Below are positions 9,971-19,834 of a stretch of DNA of 64,000 bases, one piece after another. The stretch's first letter is position 1. Every line of letters starts with the position of its first letter. This DNA comes from an uncultured Acidobacteriota bacterium. Its GTDB lineage: Bacteria > Acidobacteriota > Thermoanaerobaculia > Multivoradales > UBA5704. Location: contig CAVYRF010000002.1 of NCBI GenBank assembly GCA_963770895.1, positions 3,328,001 to 3,392,000 of the forward strand, written 5' to 3'. Below the pieces are notes generated by a model. The model saw only the letters and a list, made by a program, of their open reading frames with translations, searched no databases and was not told where the DNA came from. Position numbers and translations under genes: made by a program.

Positions 9971-11212
9971 ATGGAGCATAATGCGCGATCCTTTAGGGAC
10001 CTGATCGCCCCACTATCCTTCGACGATTTTCTTGCGAATTACTGGGAGAGAACCTTCCTTCATCTTCAGGGTGAGCCTGAACGCTTTGCCGATTATTTCT
10101 CGTCGCGCGATATTGATAGCTGGCTAACCTCGACGCGGTCGGGACTGCCGGACAGCATCATGATCACAGCCCCTGAAGGCGCCGAGGCTCGATCCGACAA
10201 GTGTCGCCCAGGTGATATTGGCGCGGATGCGGTCCATATGGCGTTTGCGAGGGGCTCCTCGCTGGTCCTGAACCACATGGAAGACTGGCCCTCGCTGCAT
10301 CGTCTCGTCAAGGCGCTGGGACGAGACTTTCATGCCGATATCGGCGTGAACGCCTATTTCACTCCCAAAGGAGCGCGGACGCTTCCGATACACACCGATG
10401 AGCATGACGTCTTGATTCTACACCTTGAGGGAGAAAAGGTCTGGCGCCTTCATGAGTTTTCCCTCCTGCAGGTCCGTCTCGCACAGAAGAAGAATCTTCG
10501 GTTTTCCCAGGAATGGTACGGCAGGACCAGTACGCCGCTCCTCGCCGAGATAGTAATCCGGCCCGGCGACCTACTGTACATTCCACGCGGAATGCCGCAT
10601 TTCGCGGTAGCGCAAGACAGCACTTGCCTGCACCTGACGGTGAGCGTGTCACCGTTGTACTGGATGGATTTCCTGAAGATCGCCGCCGAGCAGGCGGCAA
10701 TCTATTCACAGGAGCTGCGGCGAGCACTACCGCCCGGCTTTGTCGACAGCCAAGAGCTCTGCGACCGAATGCGGCGCGCTTTCCCAGACATCATGAGGGC
10801 GTTCCAGGAATTCACTTCCTTCGACGAAGTGCTCGCAGCGATCAAGCGAAACCGAGTGACATTCCAGGGCGCCCCCGCGGATGGCCAATTTGCGCTTTTC
10901 TCATCAACCGATGATCTCGTCGCCGAATCCGAGGTCGAGCGACGCCGAGACGTCCTCTGTGTAGTCGACGAGGTCTTCGACAATGAGCGGAACAAGAAGA
11001 TTGCAATTTGGTTTGCCAATCAATACGTTGCCGGCCCGCCGCACCTGCGACGGACGCTGGAGTTCATCCGCGACCATGCCAAGTTCCGCGTGTCCGAGAT
11101 GCCTGGTCTCGATGAGAACGGCCAGATGATTCTGGTGCGCCGCTTGATCAGGGAGGGCCTATTGCGCCGAGTAGCAGAGCGCACCACGGCGCCAGAGCTC
11201 GTCTTGGCCTGA
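9971..11212 (+). CDS. JmjC/cupin 2OG-Fe(II) oxygenase (YcfD/ROXA-like)
   Basis: FLANYWER, NAYFTP, HTDEHDVLILHLEGEKVW (HxD), PGDLLYIPRGMPH (distal His), HLTVS; GGGAGG RBS. Confidence 0.9.
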   Translation: MEHNARSFRDLIAPLSFDDFLANYWERTFLHLQGEPERFADYFSSRDIDSWLTSTRSGLPDSIMITAPEGAEARSDKCRPGDIGADAVHMAFARGSSLVLNHMEDWPSLHRLVKALGRDFHADIGVNAYFTPKGARTLPIHTDEHDVLILHLEGEKVWRLHEFSLLQVRLAQKKNLRFSQEWYGRTSTPLLAEIVIRPGDLLYIPRGMPHFAVAQDSTCLHLTVSVSPLYWMDFLKIAAEQAAIYSQELRRALPPGFVDSQELCDRMRRAFPDIMRAFQEFTSFDEVLAAIKRNRVTFQGAPADGQFALFSSTDDLVAESEVERRRDVLCVVDEVFDNERNKKIAIWFANQYVAGPPHLRRTLEFIRDHAKFRVSEMPGLDENGQMILVRRLIREGLLRRVAERTTAPELVLA

Positions 11213-11237
11213 GCAGCTTGCGCTACCGCTTTCAGGC

Positions 11238-12314
11238 TCAAGGTAGACGGGAGCCTGGCCTCCCGGGGGGGGCGGCGAGCTTGGCGAGAGCTTTAGAGAG
11301 AAGGTCGCCGAAGGCCGTCCCTGGTTGCTCCACCGCTCCCCACATATTGTGTTTCCGAAGCCAGGACAGGCTCTCTCCGGGTTTGGCGCGAAGCTCGCAA
11401 AAGGTCACGCTCAAGAGCCGGCTAATGTAGACCTCCTCTGCGTTGCAGAGACCCAGCCGCGTCGCGGTCATGTGCAACTGGCTTCCGCCGATACGCGCTC
11501 TGGTCGAGCGGTCGGAGTCTCTGATCGCGTTCGAGAGTCGGCCAGCACCCAGGGCGAGGAGGTCCCCTTCCATGCCGCATGACCCTTCGACCCGCAGCGC
11601 GCGCGCCTCGGCCAAGCTATCACCTAAGAGTTGGAGAAAGGTCGTCATTTTGGAACATGCGACGGCATCCCCCTTTTCGACGACCCTGGGCAGTGCCCCG
11701 CCCCACGAATCCACGCCATACCTGATGAGATCGATCAATTCGAGCTCATCGACCGAGAAACCGAGAGCCTGTCGAAACAGAAGCTGGAGGGCGTGCGCGA
11801 GTTGCACAGACCGCGACACTTCCGCACATTTCGCGAGAAACTGAAGGGCCGCGGCGCTCGACAGCGTGAAGAAGTCGAGCGATGCCCGGAAAAGGACTGG
11901 TCCTCCGTAGCGTTCGACCTCGGGCCGGAACGGCGCAAACCGGAACCAGTTGTCCGGATAGACCGAGTCGTCAGTCTCATTAGGTTCCCCTCTGAGGAGG
12001 GACTCGTTGGTTCGCCGAATCGTCTCCTTGTCAACCGATCGGGTCGAGGGAGTGAGTTGCAAAAAGCGTTGAGCGCACTGCTGCATTGCTTCCTGAATGC
12101 GCTTTCTGCTCCCTGGCCTAATCCGAAGTCGCAGACGGATGTGAGGCCCCCCCAAGGCATAACGGACGAAAAAGAATGCACCGATCTCGTCTTCTCTAAC
12201 AAGAGAGGCAACGAGAGGATGCACAAAGGACCGAACTACCTGATCGAGGCTTTGGTGATAGTAGAGATGACCCGCGATCCAGCTGTTTTGGATTTCCTCG
12301 ATTGTTCCAGGCAT
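11238..12314 (-). CDS. Lantibiotic dehydratase elimination domain (Lant_dehydr_C / TbtC-like)
   Basis: W...HLYY, FFFVRY..GGPHIRLR, PEVERYGG, F..SS, SQLHM..TRLG motifs. Confidence 0.87.
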   Translation of the reverse strand: MPGTIEEIQNSWIAGHLYYHQSLDQVVRSFVHPLVASLVREDEIGAFFFVRYALGGPHIRLRLRIRPGSRKRIQEAMQQCAQRFLQLTPSTRSVDKETIRRTNESLLRGEPNETDDSVYPDNWFRFAPFRPEVERYGGPVLFRASLDFFTLSSAAALQFLAKCAEVSRSVQLAHALQLLFRQALGFSVDELELIDLIRYGVDSWGGALPRVVEKGDAVACSKMTTFLQLLGDSLAEARALRVEGSCGMEGDLLALGAGRLSNAIRDSDRSTRARIGGSQLHMTATRLGLCNAEEVYISRLLSVTFCELRAKPGESLSWLRKHNMWGAVEQPGTAFGDLLSKALAKLAAPPGRPGSRLP

Positions 12315-12560
12315 TTGAGGATCCCCAGGGTGCTCTCGACCCTTGACAAAGGCCGTCGGATAGGTTGCGGTTGGTTGCGCAGCCCATATATCACGTATAG
12401 CTAATATGAGCAATATGTGAACCCGCTCCGCGCACGATCGCGCTCGCTGGGCGGGGATGCCAGTCACAGTCAGATCTTTCACCATCGTTGCGTGAGCGGC
12501 AGAAGCGGCTAACCCAACCTCCGGTCGCGCGAGGGGCCTCGCGCGTCGCCGGAATCCGCC

Positions 12561-12640
12561 GTTTAGGGGCTGCTTGTCTGTTGCCAGCCCTTTTGGCTGC
12601 CGGTGCCTGAGTAGGTGTCCCATGCTCCGTTTCCACAGCC
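12561..12640 (-). other. Probable group II intron domain VI remnant of a different intron type
   Basis: Minus strand GTGGAAACGGAGCATGG...GGCACCGGCAGCCAAAAGGGCTGGCAACAGAC..CCTAAAC resembles long DVI ends of bacterial introns; no DV or RT attached. Confidence 0.5.
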
Positions 12641-12754
12641 ACCGTTCGGGCCTCCGCCGGCAACGAGCCCCATCTTTTGCCGGACGCTTGCCACTCTAGT
12701 ACGCGAAAGGCCCGATCTGGTCGCGCTCCATACCGTTCCCCCCGCTGTCGCCAA

Positions 12755-12850
12755 ATCCTCGGCGCTGGGCGTTGGGTCGCCGCTGGGATGGGTATGAAAG
12801 AGGGCCATGCCTCCGGCGCCTCGTAGCAGGCACTCCTGCAGACTCACCTG
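12755..12850 (-). pseudogene. RadC/JAB-domain fragment
   Basis: ECLLRGAGGMALFHTHPSGDPTPSAED, a close paralogue of 19955-20040. Confidence 0.75.
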
Positions 12851-12928
12851 CGCTAGCGCACGCAACCCGGCGGCGGCCAGCCCGCCGCCGCCCCTGCGAT
12901 CCGCCCTCGCCCCTCGCCCGGCCGCCGC

Positions 12929-13760
12929 TTACTGGTAGTACCCGTTGACGTCGATCAGCAGATTGAGCGACGAGGCCGAGTCCACCTGCACCTTGACCGA
13001 GCCGGCGCCGTTGTGCGCCAGGCCCATCATCACGTTGTTGGCCAGCACCGCCCCGGCGTTGAACGACACGGTGGTGGAGAGCGGCGACACCGTCTCGTCA
13101 CCCGGATACAGCCGCACGTCGCCGCCGGCACCGGGCTGCACCACCGTGACGTTGGTGGCCAGCGACTTGGCCGTGGTCGGCACCCCGCAGGCGCCCCGCA
13201 GGCGCCGGTGAGCACGAACGTCCGCGTCGAATTCGCCGCCAGCGCCGGCCCGCCCAACGGCCCCGCGGCGTTGCGCGTATCGACCAGGCGACATGGCGTG
13301 ATCGTATGGAACCGCGCCGCCGGCAGATTGTTGAGGTAGTGCGTCGTGGTCGACGCCATCGCGATCCCGTGCCCCGAATCGCGGTCGGTGCCCGCCGACA
13401 TGATGTCGAGCGCCGACTCGAGCATCGCCACGCGCACCTGGTCCGGCGACGGGTGCGTCGGCAGCGACAGCGCGAGCGCCGCCATCGCCGCCGCGTGCGG
13501 CGCCGCCGCCGAGGTGCCGCAGAAGGGGCTGAAGCCGGTCACCGCCGTCGGCACGCAGTCCGCCGCGGTGACGTCGACCTTCGGCAGCACCGTGCCGCCG
13601 TTGGTGGCGATGAGGAAATTGCCCGGCGTGATCGACGTGCCGTTGGGGTTGAAGAAGATGCGGCGCGGGCCGTCCGAGCTGTAGAACTCGACCGCCGTCG
13701 AACCGCTGGCGGTGAACGCCCCGCCCGCCGCCTTCGACACCGGCACCGCCTTGGAGTTGC
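12929..13760 (-). pseudogene. Subtilisin-like S8 peptidase C-terminal fragment with PCRLVDTR-type domain
   Basis: Catalytic GTSAAAPH; 11-bp tandem duplication (CCCGCAGGCGC x2, about 13184-13205) shifts the frame; N-terminus missing. Confidence 0.78.
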
Positions 13761-14070
13761 ACCGAGGCGGACGCCAAGCCCCAGCCCAGAGGCTCGCGCT
13801 ACAGGCCTTGCCCGGCACCAAAGGATCCTCATGTTCGCCACGACGCCGCACCAGCCGATCTGTCCGTGTCCGAATCGCCACCATCGGGTCCGGCCGGCCA
13901 AGGATCCTCGGCCGCAGCAGCTGACTGCCGGGAACTTGAGCAAATCCGTCGTCGACACCCGTGAGCCCCGCCCTTGCCTGTGCGGCTGGAGCGCCAGCCT
14001 CGTTGCCCAAGGTCCTCGCCATGCCCTTGACTGCAAAACGAAAACACCCGGCGCCAGGCGGCAGCCGCCA

Positions 14071-15381
14071 TCAGTTGGTAGACAGCAGCAGCCGCGGCGC
14101 CTGGTTGAGCGTCGTGCCGTCGGCGAGCTTCACCTGCAGAGTCCAACGGTAGGCGCCCGGCTCTGTCGGCATCGTCACGTCGAGCACGTAGTCGCCACGT
14201 TCGGGATCGAGCGCAAGCGGCTGCTGCCTCAGTTGAGTCCCCGTGATCGAGAGCTTGACCGCGGCGTCCTGAATCGGCTTGCCGGCGGCATCCTGCACCA
14301 CTACCGCCAGGCGGTTGGTGTCCCCCGGCACGAAGAACTTGTCGTTCTTGAAGGCCGAGAAGACCATCACCGGCGCCAGTTCCAGGCCCAGGAGGAGCGG
14401 CGTCAGCACCTTCGCCTGCAGCTGATCGTCGCCGTAGAGCTCCGAGTGATCGCACTGCGGCAACGCAAAACGCCGTAGCATCGGGGCCGTGAGTCGATTG
14501 CCGCGGCCGGAGATCTCTGGCACGGTTGAGTCGCCGCGCGGTTGCGGATTGGCAATCTGCAGGCCGCCGGCGGTGGCGCCGGCCGCCGCCACCAAAGTGT
14601 CCAGCCGCGTGCCGTAAACCAGCGCCGCGCGCACGGGCAGCGCATCCGGCAGCCCGCCGACGACGGTGCGCGCAGCCGCCAGGAGCTGCTGCATCGCGGG
14701 TGTCGCGCACCAATCCGGCACGTCCAAGGCCGACCTGGAGACACCCTCCCACAGGAAGAGCTTTTCGGCCGGATTGCTGGGCAGCAGCTCGAAGGCCCCG
14801 GGCGCCGTGCGGGCCGCGGCCATCAAGTCGGCGGCGGAGAACAGGTAGAAGGGGCGTTGGCCCAGCAGCGCCTGGAGGGTTTCGAGCATGCCGTGGTGAG
14901 GCGTGCCGAAAGTGATCAGCCAATCGACCTGATCGGCGAGCTCTGGATGCTGCGCCAGGCAGGCGCGCGCCACCAGGCCCCCTTGACTGTGGGCCAGGAG
15001 GTTGACCTTGGCGGCGCCGCTCTGGGTCAACACGGTGCGGATCTGGCGGCTGAGCTTTTCCACGCTGTCGAGCAGCGAGCGGCGCCAATCGAAGGAGAAC
15101 TCGGACACTGTCAGGTGCAGCGTGTTCCTGAGGAAGTTGAGGAAATCGCGGTACACGTCGAGGCGAAAGAAGCCGGGGATGAGGCTGACCTCTTCGAGGA
15201 TGCCGCCGGCCACCAGGCGATCGGGGTCCGCAGGGTCGAAATGGAGCGCCGCCATGGTCGATCCACCGTCGAGGAGACGTTCGCCGTCGAGCCAGACCAG
15301 CTCGTCGTGGGCCTCCAAGTTGAGCTTCGAGCCGTAGAAGCCAGGCAGAACGATCACCGGATTGAGGGATGGTGCGGGCAC
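14071..15381 (-). CDS. Alpha/beta hydrolase (LCAT/PGAP1-like lipase/acyltransferase) with C-terminal Ig-like domain
   Basis: PVIVLPGFYGSKL, FDWR, AHSQGG nucleophile elbow, GTPHHG, GDSTVP, HSEL. Confidence 0.85.
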   Translation of the reverse strand: MPAPSLNPVIVLPGFYGSKLNLEAHDELVWLDGERLLDGGSTMAALHFDPADPDRLVAGGILEEVSLIPGFFRLDVYRDFLNFLRNTLHLTVSEFSFDWRRSLLDSVEKLSRQIRTVLTQSGAAKVNLLAHSQGGLVARACLAQHPELADQVDWLITFGTPHHGMLETLQALLGQRPFYLFSAADLMAAARTAPGAFELLPSNPAEKLFLWEGVSRSALDVPDWCATPAMQQLLAAARTVVGGLPDALPVRAALVYGTRLDTLVAAAGATAGGLQIANPQPRGDSTVPEISGRGNRLTAPMLRRFALPQCDHSELYGDDQLQAKVLTPLLLGLELAPVMVFSAFKNDKFFVPGDTNRLAVVVQDAAGKPIQDAAVKLSITGTQLRQQPLALDPERGDYVLDVTMPTEPGAYRWTLQVKLADGTTLNQAPRLLLSTN

Positions 15382-15489
15382 AGGCGCCTCCTTTCCAAAG
15401 ACGGCATGCTCAAGGAGACGGACCTGCCTGGCCTTTTTCCCGCCCCGGTCGCGACCGCCGACGAGACAGCCGGCGGCTCAGCAGTTGGG

Positions 15490-15600
15490 GGTCGCTGGCG
15501 CAGCCGGCACACTCCAGGACGCTCGACGCCGAGGATCTCGCCCTCGCCGCGAGCATCCGCCACCACGGCATCCTCGAACCAGCCGATCACCGACACATGT
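15490..15600 (+). pseudogene. ParB N-terminal fragment
   Basis: LALAASIRHHGILEP resembles the ParB box LAxSIxxxGxxxP; very short. Confidence 0.4.
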
Positions 15601-15874
15601 CCGTGCGCATCCCTCGCACCGAGGGCCTCCCATCCGGCGCAAGGGCTTCGACGCCGGTACCCACTGCGCCCCCGGAATGTCACAAATCCCCCCGCTACCG
15701 GACTATTCCCAGCAGAAGCCTCCTCGCCCCCGCCACCGCCACCCCACTCCACCCCCATGCCCGCCTCCCACCCCCCCGCCCCCATCCTCGCGAGGCGTAC
15801 CGAATGCTGCGGCCCGAAGCTCTCCTCCGGCGACCCTGAAGACCCTGCTACAATAAGCAAGGCTCCCCATCCCC

Positions 15875-17536
15875 ATGCTCTTCGGCCGCCTCTTCATCTC
15901 CTCGGTCTTCGGCGGCCTCCTCGACCTGCGCGCCGCCGCCGCCGCGGCGGCGAAGCTCGCCGGCTTCGAGCCGGTGCTGACCGAAACCCACGTCGCACAA
16001 CCCCTCGCCGTTCGCGACGCGCTGACCCGCGAGATCGACGCCTGCGACACCTACCTGGGCCTCTTCGATCAACGTCGAGGCACCGTCCCCAAGACCGGCA
16101 CCGCCGACCATCGGGCGATCACCGAGGAAGAGCTCCGCCTGGCCCGCGAGCGCGGGTTGCGCTGCCTGGTCTTCCTGTCGCGAGACGCAGCCGGCACCCG
16201 CGACCCGCGGCTGACGGAGTTTCTCGACCGTGAGGTCACCGACTACGCCGCCGGCCTGTGGACGCGGCCCTACGACGGCGAGGCCGGCCTGCGGCGCGAG
16301 ATCGTCGCGGCTCTCGCCGCCCTGCGGCCGCGATTGGTCCTCGCCCTCGAGGCGCAACCAAGCGCCGCCCCGGGGGCGTTCCAGGCGAGCCTCGACCTCC
16401 GACCCCTGGGTCCCGCCTGGGCCGGTCCCGCCGCCGCCGGCCCCCTGCCCGCGGACCTCCACCTCGACCCCGGCACCACCGCCGTGCTCGCGGCGTTTCG
16501 CCACGGCGAGGACGCACGCAACCGCCTCGATCCGGCGGCCCTGCAAGTCGCCGGGGCGGCTCTCGCCGGCACCCTGCCAAGCCCCCTGCGCGACGCCCTG
16601 GCCCAGGTGCTCGACATGACCGCCGGCCGCGGGCGGCTGGTACTGCTCGAGGTGCGGTCCGCCGACAGCGGCGTGCTCGGCCTGCCGTGGGAGCTGCTCT
16701 CGCTGCCGGGGCACCCCCTGCCCGTGCGAGAGGGTCTCCTCGAGATCGTCCGCCGGGTCGTGCTCCCCGGAACGCCGGCGGCTCCGGCCCTGGAGCCAGC
16801 GACCGCGGTGCCCGCCGACCGCCTGGACGTCCTCGGCTTCACCGCTTCGCCGATCGAGGATCAGCAGGAGGGCGCCGGCCTCGGCAACGCCGGCCTGACC
16901 GGCGACAGCGATCTCTTCTGGGAGCGCGAGCAGGAGCGCCTGCTCGTCGCGCTCGACGGCTTGGTGCGCCAGGGCCGCGGGAGGCTGACCCTCCCCGAGA
17001 CCGGCGACCGCGACGAGCTCCGCCGGGAGCTGGCGCGCCCCGACCGGCCGCAGCTCGTCCACCTCGCCTGCCACGGCGGCACTCGGCCCGCAACCGACGG
17101 CGCCGCCGAGCCCGTGCTCTATCTCGAAGACGTCGACGCGCATCGCGCCGCCATCGGCCCGGGCGAGTTGCTCGGCTGGTGCCGCGCCACCCCCACCGCC
17201 GCCGACCTCGAGCTGATGGTGCTCGCCGCCTGCAGCACCGCCAGCGCTCCGGCAGCTGGCCGCGCCGGCGGCACCGCCGCCGGCCTGCGCGCCGCAGCCG
17301 CTACGCCACCGCCGCCGGAGGAGGCACCCCCGGCGCGGGGTTTCGCCGAAAGGCTCGTGCGCGGCGGCGTGCCGCGCGTCCTCGCGATGCAGAGCGTGAC
17401 AGCCGATGAGGGCCGGCGGCGCCAGCGAGTGTCTACAGGAAGCAAAGTCTCCGTTGCTCGAAGAGTCTGGGGTAAAGTGCTACAGTTAAGCCATGTGCGC
17501 ATGCGGCCTTCGTCTAAGATGAATTCAAGTCCATGA
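15875..17536 (+). CDS. DUF4062 (TIR-like) + CHAT (caspase-like) domain protein, probably C-terminally truncated near 17410
   Basis: FISS..DLR, CDTYLGL, TEEEL..A (DUF4062); LPWELL, HLACHG, VLAACST, VLAMQ (CHAT); GC drops sharply after 17410. Confidence 0.82.
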   Translation: MLFGRLFISSVFGGLLDLRAAAAAAAKLAGFEPVLTETHVAQPLAVRDALTREIDACDTYLGLFDQRRGTVPKTGTADHRAITEEELRLARERGLRCLVFLSRDAAGTRDPRLTEFLDREVTDYAAGLWTRPYDGEAGLRREIVAALAALRPRLVLALEAQPSAAPGAFQASLDLRPLGPAWAGPAAAGPLPADLHLDPGTTAVLAAFRHGEDARNRLDPAALQVAGAALAGTLPSPLRDALAQVLDMTAGRGRLVLLEVRSADSGVLGLPWELLSLPGHPLPVREGLLEIVRRVVLPGTPAAPALEPATAVPADRLDVLGFTASPIEDQQEGAGLGNAGLTGDSDLFWEREQERLLVALDGLVRQGRGRLTLPETGDRDELRRELARPDRPQLVHLACHGGTRPATDGAAEPVLYLEDVDAHRAAIGPGELLGWCRATPTAADLELMVLAACSTASAPAAGRAGGTAAGLRAAAATPPPPEEAPPARGFAERLVRGGVPRVLAMQSVTADEGRRRQRVSTGSKVSVARRVWGKVLQLSHVRMRPSSKMNSSP

Positions 17537-18410
17537 GATTACCCTTCCGCAACTGGCTGCAGGAGCAGCTTCTCGACCACGACTCGCGTTCGCTCTACGA
17601 CGAGGCGATCCTCTCCTATCAAGTCGGGGCCAATCGTGGCGCGCTGTTACTGTCCTACCTTGCATTTCTGAGAACGATTGCTGGTCGGCTGATGCAGGCT
17701 AGTAAACCTACTTGCATTCCTGAGAGACTTTGGGAAAGCATCCAAGGGGGGCTAAGAAACGACCTGCAATGGGAGCGGCAAGCGTTTGACGCGCTATCGC
17801 GTACGCAGCCGATTTCCATTTTCCTGATAGATGATGAGATCCGCCAGCAGCTGGAATACTGGCGCGGGAGAAGAAACGATGTGGCTCACTCGCGCGGCAA
17901 CGAAATAGGTCAAGCGCACGTCGAGGCTTTTTGGATGTTTGTGCGATCCAATCTATCCAAGTTTGTTGTAAACGGCGGGCGCGAAGGATTGCTAGAGAGA
18001 TTCCGGCGGCACTTCGATCCGGGCCAGACTCCGCCAGACCAGGACTTTACGCATTTGGTTGCAGAGATCTCAAGTGCTGTTAGGCCACAGGAGCGGCGCG
18101 ACTTTTTCAGATCTCTCGTCGAGGCGACCGGAGCATTCGGAGATATAGACATTGCCCAAATGGATTACAGAATAGCGAGCAAGGGTAAGGCTCTGCTCGA
18201 TTCCGTGAGTCGTGTGAATGATGCGGTGCTAATTGAGAATCTGGCCGAGGAGATGCGAGCGCGTCCAGACTTGTTAGTTGCGTGCCTGCTTGCTAGGCCG
18301 CAGCTCGTGCACTGGTTCGGCGAAGATCGCTCTCTCATTAGGTCTCTTTGGCACGACCTTCTTCCACTTGAAGCGTCAATTTATCACGCCCCGCTAATAT
18401 TACTCCGTTA
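17533..18410 (+). CDS. Lower-GC hypothetical protein with putative HEPN motif, 3' end overwritten by an IS remnant
   Basis: EAILSY..GA.RGA N-terminus and RNDVAH (RxxxxH) at 17872-17889; the ORF runs on to 18573 through IS701 DNA. Confidence 0.6.
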
Positions 18411-18625
18411 TGTCATGAGGAGTCATTCTGAAAGGTCCTCCGGCAGACTGGGCAGCATCCGGCCCATCGAACGAGAAGAATCTGGAGCTTCTGACGGGTC
18501 TGGGGAAGGGTCCAGGATGGAGTTTTTTTGGAGCGAAGCGTCTCCAAGGCGAGAAACGCATAGGCGAGGCTGACCAAGGTCACGTGATGGTGCCAACCTC
18601 TCCACGAACGGCCCTCAAAATGGGG
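18395..18625 (-). mobile_element. IS701-family transposase 3' remnant
   Basis: HFEGRSWRGWHHHVTLVSLAYAFL...CPVC. Confidence 0.8.
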
Positions 18626-18987
18626 AGCATGGGCCGCCACCGCCCCCGGCGGCTTTCGACGGCCGCGACAGCCCCCAGCGCCCGGATGCTGGTCGCCGAG
18701 GTGGCGGCTCGCTGCGGGCGCCGGGGCCGGCGGGCGCTAACCTCCTGCCGCCCCGGCTATCGATCGCCCCGTGGCGCCGCGGCCAGCGCGGGGCAAGGGC
18801 AACGAGGCGTCCATCGGGCAAGGCCGGCCCAGGTGGCGGGCGGCTCAAAGGGTGCTCGCGGGCAAGGCGGCTCCGGCGGTTGCCCGGCCTGGCGGCGGCG
18901 GCCCGTGTCGGCACTCAGCTCGCCGCTCGCGCCTGGCGGCCGGCGGCGCGGCAGCTCCGGCAGCCGGGGTGGGGGGGCCTGGCCACC

Positions 18988-19234
18988 TCAGTCGCCGCCG
19001 CCGTCCAAGGAGAACGCGATCGGCTTCCCGTAGAGCCTGGTAAACACCTGAAGCTCGGTAGGATCGATGCGTCGCTCGCCAGACTCGCACTTCGAGACGA
19101 AGGACTGCGGGCGCCTGAAGTGCGTCGCGACCGCCACCTGCGTCAGCCCGGCAGCTTGGCGGGCCTGCCGGAGCTTGGCGAGCATCCGCCGGTACTGTGG
19201 GGGGAGTGTGGATCGACTTCGGAGCGCCGGCCAT
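18988..19234 (-). CDS. XRE-family HTH regulator, apparent frameshift in a G6 run at 19199-19204
   Basis: LRQARQAAGLTQVAVA..F.RPQSFVSKCESGERRIDPTEL; upstream MAGAPKSIHTP lies one base out of frame. Confidence 0.75.
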
Positions 19235-19316
19235 CACGGTCCTCGGACCCGGGAACGATGGCCCCGCCGCCGGCTGCCTGCTGCTCCTCGCAGGCCAGCG
19301 GCGGGGCGTCGCTACT

Positions 19317-19832
19317 TTAGGCGGGATGTGAGCTGCGCGACCGCTCTGGCGAGCTGCCCCTGCCGGCAGCGTCGGCACTCTCTGAGCTGCCTGCTTGTAG
19401 CTCCAGAAAGGCCAAACAGCAATGGGCGACGGCCTTGCCGCACTCCTGCGCCAGCCGCACGGCCGCCTTGTGGGAGCTGGTGGGGGTCTCTGCCGCAAGC
19501 GTTCGAGTGTCAGGCGGCAGGGTACCGTCTCCTCCTTGCTCTTCGGCCTGCCGCTGAGCGCGATACAGGTCCGCCATGGTCAGGCCCATGGCTTCGACGA
19601 TTCGCCACAGGTTGCTGGCTCTCGGCTGCAATTCGCCATGCTCGTAGCGGTCAAGGGAGGTTAGCGAGACGCCCGACTCGGCGGCGAGTTGCCGGAGGGT
19701 CATGCCGGACGCCCGACGGGCAGCCAAGAGCGCCCGTCCAACGATCTCCGCATCGTCGCTGTTCCGCTTCCTCGGTCGCGATCGTTTCGGGCCAATCTTC
19801 ACGAGTTCGATGGGTTCCACCTTTTGGGTCAT
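19317..19832 (-). CDS. XRE-family HTH transcriptional regulator
   Basis: ARRASGMTLRQLAAESGVSLTSLDRYEHGELQP. Confidence 0.8.
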   Translation of the reverse strand: MTQKVEPIELVKIGPKRSRPRKRNSDDAEIVGRALLAARRASGMTLRQLAAESGVSLTSLDRYEHGELQPRASNLWRIVEAMGLTMADLYRAQRQAEEQGGDGTLPPDTRTLAAETPTSSHKAAVRLAQECGKAVAHCCLAFLELQAGSSESADAAGRGSSPERSRSSHPA

Positions 19833-19834
19833 AG

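Noticed and set aside
6936-12314. Canonical thiopeptide or class I lanthipeptide cluster
   Set aside because: No YcaO, dehydrogenase, second eliminase-like pyridine synthase or LanC in the window; cannot be excluded if these are encoded elsewhere
19199-19204. Phase-variable G tract in the XRE gene
   Set aside because: A G6 run is short and common at this GC content; simple mutation or sequencing error is more likely
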